From Escherichia phage UGJNEcP3, in the sequence record OV876907: a DNA stretch of 64,000 nucleotides, one strand, 5' to 3'. The notes below the pieces were generated by a model. The model was not told the DNA's origin. It saw nothing but the letters and a program-made list of their open reading frames with translations, and ran no database searches. Made by a program: the position numbers and the translations under genes. Position 1 is the first letter of the stretch, and each line of letters begins with the position of its first letter. Shown here piece after piece: positions 62,113 to 64,000 of this stretch.

Positions 62113-62142
62113 ATAGTATCACTACCATAGCCTGGTGTAAAC
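62113..62142 (-). promoter_or_regulatory. early-type promoter GTTTACA-N17-TACTATAG
   Basis: Upstream of 61848-62087. Confidence 0.5.
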
Positions 62143-62144
62143 AC

Positions 62145-62372
62145 TTATTTTTGAATTAAGCCCATATAAAATTTAGTGTCTTCCGGGTGCATACCGTCAC
62201 AATACTCGACAGCCATAAAGCGGGTAAGGTCTTCAAGAGGACCCTGGACTTCAATTTGCATACTACAGAATTGAGTATCTTTAATATGGGTCATAACTAA
62301 AGAAGGATAACGATTACGGATAACTTCGTAAGTGTATTCAAAATCAACGATATCAATATTAACCTTAGCCAT
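62145..62372 (-). CDS. hypothetical protein (frd.x cluster)
   Basis: Start at ATG 62372 (MAKVNIDIV) after GAGGAAAA; promoter TTTACA-N16-TACTATAG upstream. Confidence 0.55.
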   Translation of the reverse strand: MAKVNIDIVDFEYTYEVIRNRYPSLVMTHIKDTQFCSMQIEVQGPLEDLTRFMAVEYCDGMHPEDTKFYMGLIQK

Positions 62373-62404
62373 TTTATTTTCCTCACTCATTAGTTGATAG
62401 GTCT

Positions 62405-62433
62405 ATAGTATCATGTCTACAGACCTTGTAAAC
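62405..62433 (-). promoter_or_regulatory. early-type promoter GTTTACA-N16-TACTATAG
   Basis: Upstream of 62145-62372. Confidence 0.5.
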
Positions 62434-62434
62434 A

Positions 62435-62695
62435 CTATTTTTGAATTTTATCGAGCCATTTACCAAGTTTAATCATTTCTTTGGTAGCTTTTTCCATACT
62501 TCTGAATTTAACCAGTAAAGGTTGTGCATCAACACCCATAACCAAAGTGGTTACAAGACTATGCTCGCCTACAAGCCATAACGAATACGTTTGAATATCG
62601 AGCCCGTAATTTCTGTCTTTATGGACTCGTACACCCATCACTTCAAATTTCTCACTGGCTTTTTCTACTGCATCCAGGAAATCGTCTTTAGTCAT
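62435..62695 (-). CDS. hypothetical protein (frd.x cluster)
   Basis: Start at ATG 62695 in TAAtATG arrangement with upstream stop. Confidence 0.5.
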   Translation of the reverse strand: MTKDDFLDAVEKASEKFEVMGVRVHKDRNYGLDIQTYSLWLVGEHSLVTTLVMGVDAQPLLVKFRSMEKATKEMIKLGKWLDKIQK

Positions 62696-62696
62696 A

Positions 62697-63086
62697 TTAG
62701 GCCTTAAAAGTTTTTTGCAAAAGTTCAATGATTTGGTCAACGTTCTGTTCGGTGACAATGCAATGGATTTGGGTCACGCCGGCCTTAGCAATAGGCTCAT
62801 CGATTTCTTTATCTTCCACAACATATTCACGGAAGCAATAGAACTCGTCTTCATGCAACTCAAAATAATTTGGCACCAACCCAACTGCATTATAAATCTC
62901 GCCGTTAGCGCATTCGATTTCAGTCACAAATTTGTCGCCATCCATAGTCAACATATCCTTTACTTCAAACCAACCACCGTTGTCTTGGATAAGGTCGACC
63001 ATGCTTTTATTATTTTCATATTCGTCCATTTCAATAAAGTCTTTAATGCATTCAGGACGAAGTTCATAAGTTTTACCGATTTCCAT
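62697..63086 (-). CDS. hypothetical acidic protein (first gene downstream of 32)
   Basis: ORF track; GAGGAAA RBS; promoter TTTACA-N16-TACTATAG and the gene 32 terminator upstream. Confidence 0.6.
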   Translation of the reverse strand: MEIGKTYELRPECIKDFIEMDEYENNKSMVDLIQDNGGWFEVKDMLTMDGDKFVTEIECANGEIYNAVGLVPNYFELHEDEFYCFREYVVEDKEIDEPIAKAGVTQIHCIVTEQNVDQIIELLQKTFKA

Positions 63087-63115
63087 TTTTATTTCCTCAT
63101 GTAGTGGATAGGCCT

Positions 63116-63144
63116 ATAGTATCACGTTTAAAGGCTTTGTAAAC
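63116..63144 (-). promoter_or_regulatory. early-type promoter GTTTACA-N16-TACTATAG
   Basis: Upstream of 62697-63086, just downstream of the gene 32 terminator. Confidence 0.5.
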
Positions 63145-63155
63145 CATTAAATACC

Positions 63156-63180
63156 AAAAAGGGAAGACCGAAGTCTTCCC
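63156..63180 (-). terminator. intrinsic terminator downstream of gene 32 (UUCG tetraloop)
   Basis: Minus strand GGGAAGAC-TTCG-GTCTTCCC then TTTTTGG. Confidence 0.7.
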
Positions 63181-63196
63181 ATTATAAATCAATAAC

Positions 63197-64000
63197 TTAT
63201 AGACCAGCTAACAGGTCGTCCAGACCATCGTCATCAGAAGGACTTACTGATGGTTCAGGAGTGGTGGAACGAGCTGGCGTAGATGGTTTAGAGTCGTATG
63301 CATCGAGGTCTGCACTGAATGCGTCCAGGTCATCACCAATCTTATCAGCAGCTGCAGAAGCTTTAGCGGCAGCACCACCAAGAGCAGCAGTACCAACAAC
63401 TTTCTTAAACTTGGCTTCGTTAGTTTCAAACGATTTGAATTCGAGCAGTTTAGAAAGGTCGTGCATTTCTTCCATCAATTTAGCTTGGTAAGCTTCATCA
63501 TTGATGTTAGGAATTTCAGACTGACCCATGAATTTGGAATCGTCGTAGTTTTTGAAGTCGCCAACTTTCTTAGATTTCAGTACGAAGTTAGCACCATCAA
63601 ACGGACATGTTACATCAACCGGCACTTCACCAATATCGGTATCAACTTCAACCATTTGGTTGATTTTATCCATAATTTTCTGACCGAAACGGAATTTAAA
63701 CACTTTACCTTCGTTAGCAGGCACTGCACTATCCTTAATAACAAGGATGTTAGCCCAGAAGGAAGTTTTACGTTTCATCAGTTTGTATTCAGCGTTGTTT
63801 GTATTAAACGTATCGTTCTGGTTCATGTATTTACATACAGGACATGAATCGAAATCGCCGTGAGTAGACGTACAGTTTTCAATGTACCATTGACCATTTT
63901 TCTTAAAGCCGTGGTTAACGAGCTTAATGAATGGAGATGGATTTTCTTCGTTTTTCGAAGGTAGGAAACGAATTACCGCAGTACCAACACCATTGTCGTC
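63197..64000 (-). CDS. 32: single-stranded DNA-binding protein gp32 (5' end outside window)
   Basis: Frame stays open to window end on minus strand; collinear with T4 gp32 ([19 protein letters not shown], zinc-site DSCPVC, acidic C-terminus). Confidence 0.92.
   Translation of the reverse strand, partial: DDNGVGTAVIRFLPSKNEENPSPFIKLVNHGFKKNGQWYIENCTSTHGDFDSCPVCKYMNQNDTFNTNNAEYKLMKRKTSFWANILVIKDSAVPANEGKVFKFRFGQKIMDKINQMVEVDTDIGEVPVDVTCPFDGANFVLKSKKVGDFKNYDDSKFMGQSEIPNINDEAYQAKLMEEMHDLSKLLEFKSFETNEAKFKKVVGTAALGGAAAKASAAADKIGDDLDAFSADLDAYDSKPSTPARSTTPEPSVSPSDDDGLDDLLAGL

Overview
The window is a contiguous segment of a T4-like (Tevenvirinae-type) myophage genome, collinear with the T4 map from gene 8 to gene 32. 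Plus strand, 1-22951: late structural and packaging genes 8, 9, 10, 11, 12, wac, 13, 14, 15, 16, 17, 18, 19, 20, 67, 68, 21, 22, 23, 24. Mixed-strand block, 22983-36589: rnlB, hoc, inh, uvsW, uvsW.1, uvsY, 25, 26, 51, 27, 28, 29, 48, 54. Minus strand, 36625-64000: three tandem Alt-like ADP-ribosyltransferase genes, DNA ligase 30, a cluster of small unknown genes, rIII, 31, cd, pseT, a spanin pair, alc, rnlA, denA, nrdB, nrdA, td, frd and the 3' part of gene 32. Proteins are clearly T4 orthologues but diverged, so this is a T4 relative, not T4. Non-T4 content includes two free-standing HNH endonuclease genes (between 18 and 19, and between uvsW and uvsW.1), a minus-strand early gene between 23 and 24, and the three-copy mosaic alt array, which is the most interesting candidate system. 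No tRNA, CRISPR array or intron was found; td and nrdB are uninterrupted. Product calls rest on by-eye comparison with remembered T4 proteins plus gene order; no database search was run. CDS boundaries follow the supplied ORF track and include the stop codon. Coordinates of motifs, hairpins and the three sub-60-aa ORFs were read by hand and may be off by 1-2 nt.
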